The position numbers were made by a program, and so were the translations under genes. This document shows, piece by piece, positions 1 through 10,186 of a stretch of 64,000 nt of DNA. The DNA lies in NCBI GenBank assembly GCA_052144335.1, contig JBKQQP010000029.1, positions 159,950 through 223,949 of the forward strand. Reading direction: 5' to 3'. Position 1 is the stretch's first letter, and each line of letters starts with the position of its first letter. The stretch comes from Syntrophales bacterium. GTDB taxonomy: Bacteria; Desulfobacterota; Syntrophia; Syntrophales; UBA2185. The notes under the pieces are model-generated. The model saw only the letters and a list, made by a program, of their open reading frames with translations. It was not told the DNA's origin and did not search any database.

Positions 1-1
1 A

Positions 2-718
2 TATTGTCGGCACTGCAATCGCAAGCGAACATGGAGGAGAAGCGGGATCGAAGAGAGCAGGGGGTACATGGAACGCATGCTTGATTATGTGTCCAAGACG
101 AGGCATATCCGCGAAGTCATCGTTTCGGGAGGTGATCCTCTCACCATGAGAGAAGGGACCCTTGATTGGTTTCTCGGATCATTGCTTGCTATCCCCCATG
201 TGGAGGTGCTGCGCATAGGAAGCCGCGTTCCCGTTGTCATGCCCATGAGGATTACCCGTAAACTGTGCGGGATGTTGCGCAAGCATCGTCCTCTTTGGTT
301 CAATACGCAATTCAATCATCCGAATGAAATTACACCGGAAGCTGCGCATGCCTGTGAAATGATACTTGAGGCGGGAATCCCCGTATCAAATCAATCCGTC
401 CTGCTTCGGGGCATCAACGATAACTATGAAACCCTACGGGACCTTTTCTATGGCCTTCAGCGGATATCCGTCAAGCCTTATTATTTGTTTCAGTGCGATC
501 CGGTAAAAGGTACGGATCATTTCCGCACAGGAATGCGGTCAGGAATAAAAATCATGGAGAAAATATGGGGCAACATATCTGGGCTTTGTGTACCCCAATA
601 TGTATTTGATATGCCGGGGGGCAAGGGGAAGTGTCCTCTTTATCCCGGGTCTCCTTTTCACATGATGGCTCGCGAGGCAGGCGAATATTTTTTTGACAGG
701 ACGGGAGAAGTGAATTAG
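2..718 (+). CDS. epmB: Radical-SAM lysine 2,3-aminomutase family protein (EpmB/KamA-like), 5' end outside the window
   Basis: The frame is open from base 2 to the stop at 718. The first residues YCRHCNRKR match the tail of the CxxxCxxC cluster motif (CSMYCRHC type) of the KamA/EpmB family. The gene lies directly upstream of efp and epmA. Confidence 0.8.
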   Translation, partial: YCRHCNRKRTWRRSGIEESRGYMERMLDYVSKTRHIREVIVSGGDPLTMREGTLDWFLGSLLAIPHVEVLRIGSRVPVVMPMRITRKLCGMLRKHRPLWFNTQFNHPNEITPEAAHACEMILEAGIPVSNQSVLLRGINDNYETLRDLFYGLQRISVKPYYLFQCDPVKGTDHFRTGMRSGIKIMEKIWGNISGLCVPQYVFDMPGGKGKCPLYPGSPFHMMAREAGEYFFDRTGEVN

Positions 719-757
719 TAATTCCGTGATTTAGAATGAAAGGAGAGAATTTCTTAA

Positions 758-1321
758 ATGTATACTGCGAGTGATTTGAAGAAAGGTTTAAGGATCAAGA
801 TTGACAATGAGCCTTATATCGTTACTGAGTTCAACTTTGTCAAACCGGGAAAGGGTCAGGCTCTGTACAGGTCTAAATTGCGCAATATGATCACGGGAGC
901 ACAGTTTGAGCGGACATTCCGTTCCGTGGATACTTTCGAACCCGCAGACCTCCAGCAGAAAAAAATGCAGTACCTGTATCATGAACAGGGGAAATACTGC
1001 TTCATGGACAACGAAAGTTATGAACAGGTCTTTCTCACCGAGGATCAAGTTGCGGAGGCGAAAAATTTTCTTATTGACAACTTAGAGGTGGAAATACTGT
1101 TCTTTGAGGATAAGGCTCTGGAGGTGAGCGTGCCGAATTTCGTTGATCTTGTCGTCATACGAGCCGACCCATGGGCCAAGGGCGATTCTGTATCAGGCAA
1201 GACTAAGCCAGTAACCCTGCAAACGGGTTATCAAATTCAGGTTCCCCCTTTTGTTGAAGAAGGTGAGAAGATAAGAGTCGATACACGAAGCGGCGAATAT
1301 CTAACCAGGGTCAAGGATTGA
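758..1321 (+). CDS. efp: Translation elongation factor P
   Basis: 187 aa. The N-terminus MYTASDLKKGLRIKIDNEPYIVTEFNFVKPGKGQA carries the conserved KPGKGQA loop holding the modified lysine. GGAGAG RBS upstream. Confidence 0.95.
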   Translation: MYTASDLKKGLRIKIDNEPYIVTEFNFVKPGKGQALYRSKLRNMITGAQFERTFRSVDTFEPADLQQKKMQYLYHEQGKYCFMDNESYEQVFLTEDQVAEAKNFLIDNLEVEILFFEDKALEVSVPNFVDLVVIRADPWAKGDSVSGKTKPVTLQTGYQIQVPPFVEEGEKIRVDTRSGEYLTRVKD

Positions 1322-1328
1322 GACACCT

Positions 1329-2252
1329 ATGGTACAAGATGGGAAACTGGCAAAGAAGCGGGAAATTTTATGGAAGCGTGCCAGGATGATCCGTGCGATC
1401 CGCGATTTTTTTGTGAGCCGGGATTATCTGGAGGTAGAGACTCCCCATATGATTCCGGCGCTGATCCCGGAAACACATATTGATGCCATCTCGTGTGGCG
1501 ATTCATTCTTGCACACATCTCCCGAGCTTCACATGAAGCGGTTTCTTGCGGCTGGTTATCCAATGATATTTCAAATCTGCAAATGTTTCCGTGACGGCGA
1601 ACGAGGTTCGTACCACCTTCCTGAGTTCACGATGCTGGAGTGGTATTGCCGGGGCGTGGACTATCACCGGCTCATGGAAGAATGTGAGGAACTGATTGTC
1701 TCTGTTGCCGCTGATCTCGGTTGTGGGGATGTAATTAACTACCAGGGCAGGGCACTTGGGTTGCAAAGGCCGTGGCAGAGTATATCTGTAAGAGAGGCTT
1801 TTGCCTCCTATGCACCGATGTCAATGGATAAAGCAGTGACGGGGAATTGCTTCGACGAGATCATGGTCTCTTCTATCGAACCTCGCTTGGGACTTACGCA
1901 GCCCACCTTCATCTATGATTACCCGGCTTCCGGGTCATCGCTCGCGAAAGAGAAAAAAGATGATCCTGCATTGGCCGAACGTTTTGAACTTTATATGGGA
2001 GGGAAGGAAATTGCCAATGCATGTTCTGAGCTTACAGCTCCGGAAGAGCATCATAGACGATTTCTGAATGTGAACAAATATCGGCATTCCATAGGTAAAT
2101 CAATTTACCCCGTACCGGAGCTTTTCCTGCAGGACTTGGCATGCATGCCGCAGGCAGCAGGAATTGCCCTCGGCGTCGACAGATTGGCCATGATTTTTTG
2201 TGATTCATCTGCCATTGACGAAGTTGTATCTTTTGTGCCGGAGTTCTTGTAA
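1329..2252 (+). CDS. epmA: EF-P lysine-lysyltransferase (class II LysRS-like, GenX/PoxA)
   Basis: 307 aa, the size of a truncated class II aaRS catalytic core. Motifs RDFFVSRDYLEVETP and FRDGERGSYHLPEFTMLEWY are present. Adjacent to efp. Confidence 0.85.
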   Translation: MVQDGKLAKKREILWKRARMIRAIRDFFVSRDYLEVETPHMIPALIPETHIDAISCGDSFLHTSPELHMKRFLAAGYPMIFQICKCFRDGERGSYHLPEFTMLEWYCRGVDYHRLMEECEELIVSVAADLGCGDVINYQGRALGLQRPWQSISVREAFASYAPMSMDKAVTGNCFDEIMVSSIEPRLGLTQPTFIYDYPASGSSLAKEKKDDPALAERFELYMGGKEIANACSELTAPEEHHRRFLNVNKYRHSIGKSIYPVPELFLQDLACMPQAAGIALGVDRLAMIFCDSSAIDEVVSFVPEFL

Positions 2253-2505
2253 TGATTGCTGCCAGTCGGCTTTTGAGCTTGGTTACCTCTTGGGAATTTA
2301 TTTTGCTTTTGGATTCCGTAGCCAGCGCATGACGACCGATACTGTTTCTTAAGAATAGAAGATTCGCGGCAGCTTGCTGCGGAAGCTGCAATGCTCGTTA
2401 TCCTAAATCTATTGACAAAGCTATTTTTTTCCATTACACGTAATCACCCATAGGTGAGTCGCAGGCTCAGGCAATGCCGCAAATAAGTGATTCAGGAGTG
2501 AAAAA

Positions 2506-3258
2506 GTGAAAGAGATTTCTTCTGTCGCCGCTGTTGGTCTTGGAGGACATTTTCACGGCAGTATTCTCAAGATGATTCTTGATGCTGGACTGATGGTTCA
2601 GCTGATCCTGCTGTTGCTCCTTCTCTTTTCTGTTGTGTCGTGGGCTATTATTTTGATGAAATACAGGAGCATCAAAAAGGTAAAAAGGGAAAACAATATG
2701 TTCTTGGACTCCTATATGAACAGTAATAAACTCTCCGATATTTTCCCGGAAGCGAAAAAATATAAATATTCGACCATGGCTGAGGTGTTTCAGGCAGGCT
2801 ATACGGAACTAGTGAAAATAACCAAGGTCATAAGGGGCTCGTCATCCGCCAAGGAGTCCGATGAATCAACCCTGCTGCAACTGGAGATGAAGGGTATCGA
2901 TAACGTTGAAAGGGCCTTGAACAGAGCATGCAGCTCCGAAGCAACAAGACTTGAAAGTACGCTGAGTTTCCTGGCAACTACGGGGAGCGCATCGCCATTC
3001 ATTGGGTTGTTCGGGACAGTCTGGGGCATTATGGACACATTCACGGGTATCGGCGCAAGAGGCTCGGCAACGCTTGCCGTAGTGGCGCCGGGCATTTCAG
3101 AGGCACTTATTGCTACTGCCGCCGGTCTTGCAGCTGCTATACCTGCTGTTATCTTCTACAACTATTATCTCAATGTGGTAAAGAACATGTCCCTGGAAAT
3201 GGATAACTTCGCATCTGAAATACTAAATATCGTTGAAAGAAATTATGTGAGAAAATAG
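2506..3258 (+). CDS. tolQ: Tol-Pal system proton channel protein TolQ (MotA/TolQ/ExbB family)
   Basis: Three predicted TM segments and the C-terminal motif GLFGTVWGIM...APGISEALIATAAGL. First gene of the tolQRAB-pal order. GTG start at 2506 has an AGGAG RBS. An internal ATG at 2572 is an alternative start. Confidence 0.9.
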   Translation: MKEISSVAAVGLGGHFHGSILKMILDAGLMVQLILLLLLLFSVVSWAIILMKYRSIKKVKRENNMFLDSYMNSNKLSDIFPEAKKYKYSTMAEVFQAGYTELVKITKVIRGSSSAKESDESTLLQLEMKGIDNVERALNRACSSEATRLESTLSFLATTGSASPFIGLFGTVWGIMDTFTGIGARGSATLAVVAPGISEALIATAAGLAAAIPAVIFYNYYLNVVKNMSLEMDNFASEILNIVERNYVRK

Positions 3259-3266
3259 AATTCCTT

Positions 3267-3689
3267 ATGAGTCCCGGAAGAAAAAGAAATGGCGGCAGCA
3301 AGATGCTGGCCGAAATTAACGTCACGCCTCTGGTTGACGTCGTTTTGGTATTGCTGATAATTTTCATGGTGACGGCTCCCATGCTTCAGATGGGCATAGA
3401 CGTCGACCTGCCACGGGTTAAATCGAAGAGTATCGATGTGACAGAGGAAAAACTTGTGCTGACGATTAACAGCGCGAAAGAGATATTTATAAACAAGAAT
3501 AAAGTACCTGTCACTGGTCTCAGTGCAAAGCTGGAGAACATCTTTGCCAACAGGATCGATAGAGAAGTTTTTATGCGGGCTGACAAGAACGTTCCCTATG
3601 GCTTCGTCGTAGAAGTGATGTCGGAGGTCAGAAAAGCCGGCGTCGATAGGCTGGGGATGATCACGGAGGCGCCCGAGGAATCAAGGTGA
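3267..3689 (+). CDS. tolR: Tol-Pal system protein TolR (ExbD/TolR family)
   Basis: 140 aa. EINVTPLVDVVLVLLIIFM contains the conserved Asp-bearing TM helix. Position is immediately after tolQ. Confidence 0.85.
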   Translation: MSPGRKRNGGSKMLAEINVTPLVDVVLVLLIIFMVTAPMLQMGIDVDLPRVKSKSIDVTEEKLVLTINSAKEIFINKNKVPVTGLSAKLENIFANRIDREVFMRADKNVPYGFVVEVMSEVRKAGVDRLGMITEAPEESR

Positions 3690-3710
3690 TGTTCCGCAGG
3701 ATGATACAGG

Positions 3711-4415
3711 ATGCAAAAGGAGCGAGATGACAATGATATCAGCTTGAACAGTATGATTCTGGTATCTCTGTTAATCCATACTGTAGTGCTGACGGTCATT
3801 TTCTTTGCACCATCTCTTCCCTCTCCCAGATGGACTTTTGGTCCCGTCTATTCCGTTAATCTTGTTAGTTTATCTGAAGTTCTCCAGGAAAGGAAAACGC
3901 AATCGGCGATCGCCAGAGAAATCAATCAAACAATTTCTGATGAGCACGCTGCTGTCTTGAAAAAGCGGACGGATACCGTCCCTGCGGTTCCCATCAGGAG
4001 GCTGGATTCTCAAAAAAGGCAGACAAGCAGCGTAGATAAGGCAATCGAGGATATAAGGAGGAAGGTAAATACGGGAGTGAGCCCGCCCGCCCCCGCGGGC
4101 GAGACGGATAATGCTGGATCCAACGCGAAGATGGATGTCTATTACAGCCTTATCTGGTCCCGGATCAAGGGAAAATGGACGTTGCCTCAGGGAATATTAC
4201 CGAGGGAGAACATCGAGACTGTTGTCCAGGCGAGGATACTAAGGAACGGCACAGTTGTAGATTTGAGTTTTGAGAAACGCTCAGGCAATCGATATTTCGA
4301 TGAGTCGGCCATGAAGGCAATCAGGAAAGCAAGCCCTTTTCCTCCTCTTCCGGATTCAATAAGAGATAACAATATCGACATCGGCATCAGGTTCCACTCA
4401 ATGGAATTCAGATAG
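3711..4415 (+). CDS. tolA: TolA-like protein (N-terminal TM anchor, TonB-C-type C-terminal domain)
   Basis: Single N-terminal TM helix, a linker, and a C-terminal domain (YYSLIWSRIKGKWTLP...AMKAIRKASPFPPLP) typical of TonB_C/TolA. Lies between tolR and tolB. Confidence 0.7.
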   Translation: MQKERDDNDISLNSMILVSLLIHTVVLTVIFFAPSLPSPRWTFGPVYSVNLVSLSEVLQERKTQSAIAREINQTISDEHAAVLKKRTDTVPAVPIRRLDSQKRQTSSVDKAIEDIRRKVNTGVSPPAPAGETDNAGSNAKMDVYYSLIWSRIKGKWTLPQGILPRENIETVVQARILRNGTVVDLSFEKRSGNRYFDESAMKAIRKASPFPPLPDSIRDNNIDIGIRFHSMEFR

Positions 4416-4455
4416 AAGAGGGGAATTCTTCAATGAAGGGCTTATAGTCTGATTC

Positions 4456-5790
4456 ATGAATTACTGCAAGATTAGATGTCTTCCGAAATTACTTGCCCTC
4501 ATGGTGGTAATGCTATCCATTTTATGTCCGCCCCGTAGCGCCTTGGGCAAGGTCTACATTGACATCGATTCTCCCGGCTTCCAAAAATTTCCCATAGCCA
4601 TTGTTGATTTCAGAAAGATGAGCGAACAGAGTGCTCAGGGAGAGCTGTCGAGCTGGTTTTCGGATACCCTGGCGAAGTATCTGGACATGACCGGATTCTT
4701 TAACATCATAAGTAAGAAAGCCTTCCTCGAAGATCAAAAACAGACGGGCTTAACGGTGCAAACTATCAGGTTTGCGGACTGGGCTGTGATTGGTGCTGAT
4801 TACCTGGTGAAGGGGGCTTTCCAGTCCAACGGCAGGGACCTCACTTCCGAATTCCATCTTTTCGATGTAACAAAAGGAGAGGTCATTACAGCAAAACAGT
4901 ACACCGGAAAAATAGAAGATAAAACCGAAATGGTGCGCAAGTTTGCCGGTGAAATTCTTCTTGCCCTGACAGGGGATGAAGGCGTTTTTGGGACTAAGAT
5001 CGCTTTTGTATTGAAGAAAGGACAAAACTCAGATATCTACACAATTAATTTCGATGCGAATGACCTGTCCCGAGTTACGAACTTCCAGTCATTGACTCTG
5101 TCCCCACGCTGGTCTCCCGACGGAAAAATTATTTCCTTCACATCTTATAGAAATGGGAATCCGGATCTGTATATAAAGGCAATGAATAGCACAAAGGTGG
5201 AAAAGCTTGCAAATTTCGATGGTATCAATCTGGCCGGTTCCTGGTCCATGGATGGCAGGAAACTTTTGTTGACCCTGAGCAAGGATGGTAACGAAGAGAT
5301 ATATGTGATGGATCTCGGCAGCAGAGGTCTTACACGCCTCACCTATAATTTTGCCATTGATGTTTCACCCGCTTGGTCGCCCGATAACAAAAAAATTGCT
5401 TTCGTTTCAAACCGTTCCGGTTCACCGCAAATATTTACGATGAGTGCGGATGGAAGCGATGTGAAAAGAATCACCTATGACGGAACCTATAATACATCTC
5501 CTTCCTGGTCACCGAGGGGCGGCAGAATTGCGTACGAAGGGTTGACGAACGGCCGTTTCCAGATATTTACTGCTAACGAGGATGGCAGCAGCCCCTTGCA
5601 GCTTACTTTTGATAACATTGATCATGAGTCCCCCTCCTGGTCTCCGGATGGCAGGTACCTGGTTTTCAGTACGAGGGGCGGCAGCAAACACAGAATTTGC
5701 GTGATGAATGCCAATGGGTTAAACGTGAGAACGTTGTATGAGAGTGTAAGCGGCTGCATGAGCCCATCCTGGTCGCCAAAAATAAAATGA
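4456..5790 (+). CDS. tolB: Tol-Pal system beta-propeller protein TolB
   Basis: 444 aa with a signal peptide. The P(S/A)WSPDG propeller blade motif recurs (SPRWSPDG, SPAWSPDN, SPSWSPRG, SPSWSPDG, SPSWSP). Confidence 0.95.
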   Translation: MNYCKIRCLPKLLALMVVMLSILCPPRSALGKVYIDIDSPGFQKFPIAIVDFRKMSEQSAQGELSSWFSDTLAKYLDMTGFFNIISKKAFLEDQKQTGLTVQTIRFADWAVIGADYLVKGAFQSNGRDLTSEFHLFDVTKGEVITAKQYTGKIEDKTEMVRKFAGEILLALTGDEGVFGTKIAFVLKKGQNSDIYTINFDANDLSRVTNFQSLTLSPRWSPDGKIISFTSYRNGNPDLYIKAMNSTKVEKLANFDGINLAGSWSMDGRKLLLTLSKDGNEEIYVMDLGSRGLTRLTYNFAIDVSPAWSPDNKKIAFVSNRSGSPQIFTMSADGSDVKRITYDGTYNTSPSWSPRGGRIAYEGLTNGRFQIFTANEDGSSPLQLTFDNIDHESPSWSPDGRYLVFSTRGGSKHRICVMNANGLNVRTLYESVSGCMSPSWSPKIK

Positions 5791-6077
5791 TCTTCCGAAG
5801 GCAAGTTTTCAGAGTATGCCGTGAAAGAGCCAGCCGCAGTTGACCCTCCTTATGACCTATCATAATGTAGTATATTTCCGTATCCGGAAGGTGACCGTGA
5901 TGCCATGAAAAGGCCTTTGAACTGGCAAGCGGGACGGATACTAAACAATTTGTACAGCGTAGAGCAGGAGAAAATTGAAATTTTTGTGGTTGACCTTTAG
6001 GATGGATTGTGGTTTAGAAGACATCGAATCGGTAAATAATAAATTTCCTTAAAAGAACTAAGAGAGGAGAGGATACA

Positions 6078-6698
6078 ATGAAAAGGAGCCTTGCAATAGT
6101 AGGGATTATTGGGTTGATAGTATGCTTTTCGTTTGTAGTTTTGACCGGATGCGCAAAGAAATCCGCGGTGAAAGAGCAGTCAGTTTCAGCTGAAGACAAG
6201 GCTGCTGCGGACAGGGCAGCGGAGCAGGCAAAGGCCCAGGCGGATGCGGATGCAAAGGCGCGGGCTGAGCAGGAAGCCCGCTTAGCTGCTGAACGGCAGG
6301 CGAAAGAAGAGGCCGAAGCGAAGGTAGCTCCTCAGGCAGAGGCTGCTGCGGCAAAAGAAGAGATGACTTTTAAGGATGTACTTTTTGATTTTGACAAATA
6401 CAATCTCAAGCCTGAAGGCAGGGACATTCTCAAACAGCTTGCAGAATGGCTTATCAATAATAAAAATACCAGTGTTCTCATTGAAGGTAACTGTGATGAA
6501 AGGGGAACGACTGAATATAACCTTGCCCTGGGAGAAAGACGTGCCAAGGAAGCCATGAAATACCTCGTCGAACTCGGGGTCGAAGGGAAAAGAATAAAAA
6601 CGATCAGTTACGGCAAAGAAAGACCCTTGGATCCCGGACATACTGAAGAAGCTTGGGCGAAAAACAGGCGAGATCACGTTGTCGTCACAACCAAGTAG
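6078..6698 (+). CDS. pal: Peptidoglycan-associated lipoprotein Pal (OmpA-C domain) with long Ala/Glu/Lys-rich spacer
   Basis: Lipobox LTGC. C-terminal OmpA-like domain (FDFDKYNL...EGNCDERGTTEYNLALGERRA...). Position is after tolB. Confidence 0.9.
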   Translation: MKRSLAIVGIIGLIVCFSFVVLTGCAKKSAVKEQSVSAEDKAAADRAAEQAKAQADADAKARAEQEARLAAERQAKEEAEAKVAPQAEAAAAKEEMTFKDVLFDFDKYNLKPEGRDILKQLAEWLINNKNTSVLIEGNCDERGTTEYNLALGERRAKEAMKYLVELGVEGKRIKTISYGKERPLDPGHTEEAWAKNRRDHVVVTTK

Positions 6699-6725
6699 TA
6701 AGGTTATGATGGGGAGGTCCAAAGA

Positions 6726-7535
6726 TTGAAGAGATTTGTAATTTTGCTCTTACTCTCATCTATAATCTGCACAGTAGGTTGTGCAACTACCAAGGATCTT
6801 CAGCGCGTTCATGGGGATTTTGATAGGCAGGTCTCGGCTCTGAAAGAGGAAGACGCTGGTATCAGACAAGATATTGTGAAGATTAAAGAGACACAAGCTT
6901 CTTTGCAAAAGAGCCAGGCAGAAATGCGCGCAGACATCACTGAACTGAGAGATGGTATCCAGAGTTTGAAAGGTACAACTGAAGGACTGAGAAAGGATGT
7001 GGCGACAACAAAGGATGTGGCGGCAATAAGGGAAAAACTTGATAATTTATCCCTGAAAGTAAATTTCATAGAAAACTTTCTTGAAATTGGAAAGACGGAA
7101 AACCATTCGGAGGGCGAGAAAGCGGGAAAGATCGCTGCGAAAAATGCCACAAAAGGGAAAACCGACAAGGAATCGGCATATGCATTGGCATATGAAACTT
7201 TCAAGGAAGGAAAGTACGAAAAAGCCAGGGAGGAGTTTCAGAATTTCCTGAAGCAATACCCTGGCTCAGAATATTCTGATAATGCTCAATTCTGGATAGG
7301 TGAAAGTTATTATTTTGAGAATAAATATGAAAAGGCGATACTCGAATATGAGAAAGTGGTCAAGAATTATCCCAAAGGCAGCAAGGTTCCCTATGCCATG
7401 TTGAAGCAGGGACTGTCCTTCTTGAATCTCGGCGACAAAGCGAGTGCGAGACTGATTCTGCAGCAGATAATAAAACAATATCCCGACACGAACCAGGCAA
7501 GAATAGCAAGGGCAAAACTGATAGAGATTAAGTAA
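6726..7535 (+). CDS. cpoB: Tol-Pal system protein CpoB/YbgF (coiled coil + TPR)
   Basis: TTG start with a GGAGG RBS and lipobox-like TVGC. N-terminal coiled coil and C-terminal TPR region (AYALAYETFKEGKYEKA...FWIGESYY...). Last gene of the tol-pal cluster. Confidence 0.85.
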   Translation: MKRFVILLLLSSIICTVGCATTKDLQRVHGDFDRQVSALKEEDAGIRQDIVKIKETQASLQKSQAEMRADITELRDGIQSLKGTTEGLRKDVATTKDVAAIREKLDNLSLKVNFIENFLEIGKTENHSEGEKAGKIAAKNATKGKTDKESAYALAYETFKEGKYEKAREEFQNFLKQYPGSEYSDNAQFWIGESYYFENKYEKAILEYEKVVKNYPKGSKVPYAMLKQGLSFLNLGDKASARLILQQIIKQYPDTNQARIARAKLIEIK

Positions 7536-7575
7536 AAGAACACAAAAGGATTATCCCCTTCTTGTCCTATTCATT

Positions 7576-8397
7576 TCATCGATCTAGGGAGATAGGAATG
7601 ACTCCGGGAGGGGGTTTGAGATCAAAGATCGCCGCATCAATTCCCTTCGCAGGACCGATATCAACGTAACGGATGATGATATCGGGCTTATCATTGTCAC
7701 CATATGAAATCGTAACCTTGTGTGGCACAGCTATATTCTCTATGCAGTCCCACTCGATGAATCGGGCGCTGAACAGGCGGGAGTTGTCGCCTGTATATGA
7801 ATCGACTCTGACGAGGTGACCCTCGTCTGGGTCTACCCAGAGAGATTGAATTTTTCTAGTCTCAGAGAGGATGTCAACTCTGTAGAGGCTCCCATCGGAA
7901 GAACCGTCTAAGGTAATCGTTTCCCCTTTGACCTCAGGGCGTGCACCCAGCAGGATAGACGTCACGTCCTCCATCCTGAGCACTGTCTCTGCAACAGGAA
8001 TAAAATATGCGAGATTTCTTGTCGTTGCCTTCCCTACGTAGAATTTTCCCTTCTGTGGCACAAAAACTTTCAGGACATTCTCGTGGACGGTCAAGAAAAG
8101 ATCTGCTGGACCTATGATAGGCATTGATTCTAATCTCAATGATGATGGCCGCTTCAGTACTAAAGCCGCTTTCAGGGGATAACGGCCCTCAGGAGTGTTA
8201 ACTTCGATACGCGCAATGGCTTTAACGCCATCTTTAAATTGATTGTCTCTATCGATCTTTTCCAGGGCAACGAGGGGGGAGGGAAAGCTCTGTGTCGAGC
8301 CTCCGCCGGCCTTCTGTGTTTTGGTGATAGCGCACGCGGAAAAAATGAGGAAGACGAACATGATGAAAAAAAACGACGGCAATCTTTTTCGCATCAA
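7576..8397 (-). CDS. Outer-membrane lipoprotein, LolB-like/DUF4292-like
   Basis: 273 aa with lipobox FSAC. Overlaps the upstream TPR gene by 4 nt, which suggests an operon. The family assignment is from memory of the fold family and was not searched. Confidence 0.55.
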   Translation of the reverse strand: MMRKRLPSFFFIMFVFLIFSACAITKTQKAGGGSTQSFPSPLVALEKIDRDNQFKDGVKAIARIEVNTPEGRYPLKAALVLKRPSSLRLESMPIIGPADLFLTVHENVLKVFVPQKGKFYVGKATTRNLAYFIPVAETVLRMEDVTSILLGARPEVKGETITLDGSSDGSLYRVDILSETRKIQSLWVDPDEGHLVRVDSYTGDNSRLFSARFIEWDCIENIAVPHKVTISYGDNDKPDIIIRYVDIGPAKGIDAAIFDLKPPPGVIPISLDR

Positions 8398-10106
8398 GGT
8401 TTCTTCTCTTTGATGAGTTCATTAAGCTTTTTTTGCAGATCGCCATTGGCAGGGTTTAATTTCAATGCCTGTCTGTATATTTCGACCGCCTCACTTGTCC
8501 TGCCTGCCTTTGCATAGGCGTCTCCCAAGTGCTCGGCGATAGTGGGATCATTGGGAAGGCCATCTGAAGCTTCTTTTAGGTATTTTATGGCCAGGTCCAT
8601 CCTGTTTTGTCTGAAATACAGCCAGCCGAGGCTGTCAATCATGTAGATATTCCCAGGCTTCAACATGAGGGCCTTCTTAATCATCTTTTCAGCTTCATCA
8701 AGACGAATGCCTCTGTCCGCCAACGTATAACCTATGAAGTTGAGCGCATCTGCATTCTCCGGGTCGATTTTTAGAACTGACTCCATTTCATTTATACTTT
8801 CATGAAGGCGGTTTGTCTTTTCATAGAGGACACCCAGACTATAATGTAGGTCGCTGCTCTCCGGCAATGCGGCAAGACCTTCCTTTAGTATTTCCTCGGC
8901 AGACGATAATTTCTTGTCCTCCTCGTATAGGGAGGAGAGATAAATATAGAGCCCCGGCATATCTCGATTATCACGAATGGCTCTTTTCATTAATTCTATG
9001 GCCTCAGCAACCTTACCCTCCTTCTTCAGGATGATTCCCATATTGATCTGTGCGTTTCCGTAAAGCTCTGAATCCGGGGGTATCATCTTAAAACCTTCAA
9101 TCGCCTTGCCGTGCATTTTCTTCTCTTCATAGGTTGAGGCGAGCAGATATCTGGCTCTCTGGTCATTTGGATTTCCATCCAATAAAATGCCAAACTCGCC
9201 AATAGCGTCATCAAGTTTACCTTTTTCGAGGTAAAGGAGGCCGAGATCCAGTCGCGCTTCCCTGCTGCTATTATCGAATTTCAGAATTCGCTTGAATTCT
9301 CTCTCTGCGTCATCTTCCTTGTGCGCTCTGAGAAAAATTTCTCCCAGTTTTATCCTTACGTTTGTGCCCGGCGGATAAAGATCAATAAAATTTCTATATA
9401 ATTCTATTGCCTGATCAGTCTTCTTTTCCTTTTCGTAGAGGAGCCCCAAATCGATCAACGCCGGTTCAAAAGTGGGTTTTATCGACAGAGTCTTCTTGAA
9501 GCTTTGTTCAGCTTCGCCATAGCGCTTCATATCCGTTAATATCTTTGCCAGATAGTAGTTACCGGTAAGATGGTCCGGACTGGTTTTGAGCAGATCTTGG
9601 AAAGTTTTTAAGGCCTTCCTGTAGTCTTTAGTTTCGGCGTAGATGGTGCCTAGGTATATGCGGGAAAATGTATTAGCAGGATCAAGCTCAATAACCTTCT
9701 CATATTCTGCTACTGCGTTCTTATAATCCTTCCTATTCAGATACAGTCCGCCCAAGAGAAGATGTGCGTTCACATTGTTCGGATGTTCTGTGAGATATTT
9801 CTTGCTCAGAACGATGGCTTTTTCTATCTCGCCTCGTTCAATATACAGAGATATGAGCTCCGTCTCAAGGTAGGAAGACTGAGGATCGATGCTCACGGCC
9901 TTTTCATATTCCTTTATGGCTCCGTCAAGGTTATCATCAAGGATATGCAAGACACCGAGGGAATAATGATACATCGAATCGAATGACGGTCGTTCCGTGG
10001 CGGCCGAGACGGCCGGAATACTGCCTTTCACAGGTGAAGACGCACATCCGGCAAGGCAGCACAAAATCAGGATCAGAAGATATCTGTTGTACAAAAAGTT
10101 TCGCAT
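8394..10106 (-). CDS. TPR-repeat lipoprotein
   Basis: 570 aa with lipobox LAGC. About 34-aa TPR units recur throughout (A..Y.kAl.l.P....a...LG..Y). Confidence 0.8.
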   Translation of the reverse strand: MRNFLYNRYLLILILCCLAGCASSPVKGSIPAVSAATERPSFDSMYHYSLGVLHILDDNLDGAIKEYEKAVSIDPQSSYLETELISLYIERGEIEKAIVLSKKYLTEHPNNVNAHLLLGGLYLNRKDYKNAVAEYEKVIELDPANTFSRIYLGTIYAETKDYRKALKTFQDLLKTSPDHLTGNYYLAKILTDMKRYGEAEQSFKKTLSIKPTFEPALIDLGLLYEKEKKTDQAIELYRNFIDLYPPGTNVRIKLGEIFLRAHKEDDAEREFKRILKFDNSSREARLDLGLLYLEKGKLDDAIGEFGILLDGNPNDQRARYLLASTYEEKKMHGKAIEGFKMIPPDSELYGNAQINMGIILKKEGKVAEAIELMKRAIRDNRDMPGLYIYLSSLYEEDKKLSSAEEILKEGLAALPESSDLHYSLGVLYEKTNRLHESINEMESVLKIDPENADALNFIGYTLADRGIRLDEAEKMIKKALMLKPGNIYMIDSLGWLYFRQNRMDLAIKYLKEASDGLPNDPTIAEHLGDAYAKAGRTSEAVEIYRQALKLNPANGDLQKKLNELIKEKKP

Positions 10107-10186
10107 ATTAATAAATTCGTACCATCTCTATTGCATCGAAAAAAACCGCACGCCCGTAAAGAAACAGATGCCGGTTCTCTTAGAGA

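Noticed and set aside
2506-3689. TolQ/TolR as the missing flagellar stator (they are MotA/MotB homologues).
   Set aside because: They are embedded in a canonical tolQ-tolR-tolA-tolB-pal-cpoB order. The TolR-like protein has no OmpA/MotB peptidoglycan-binding C-domain.
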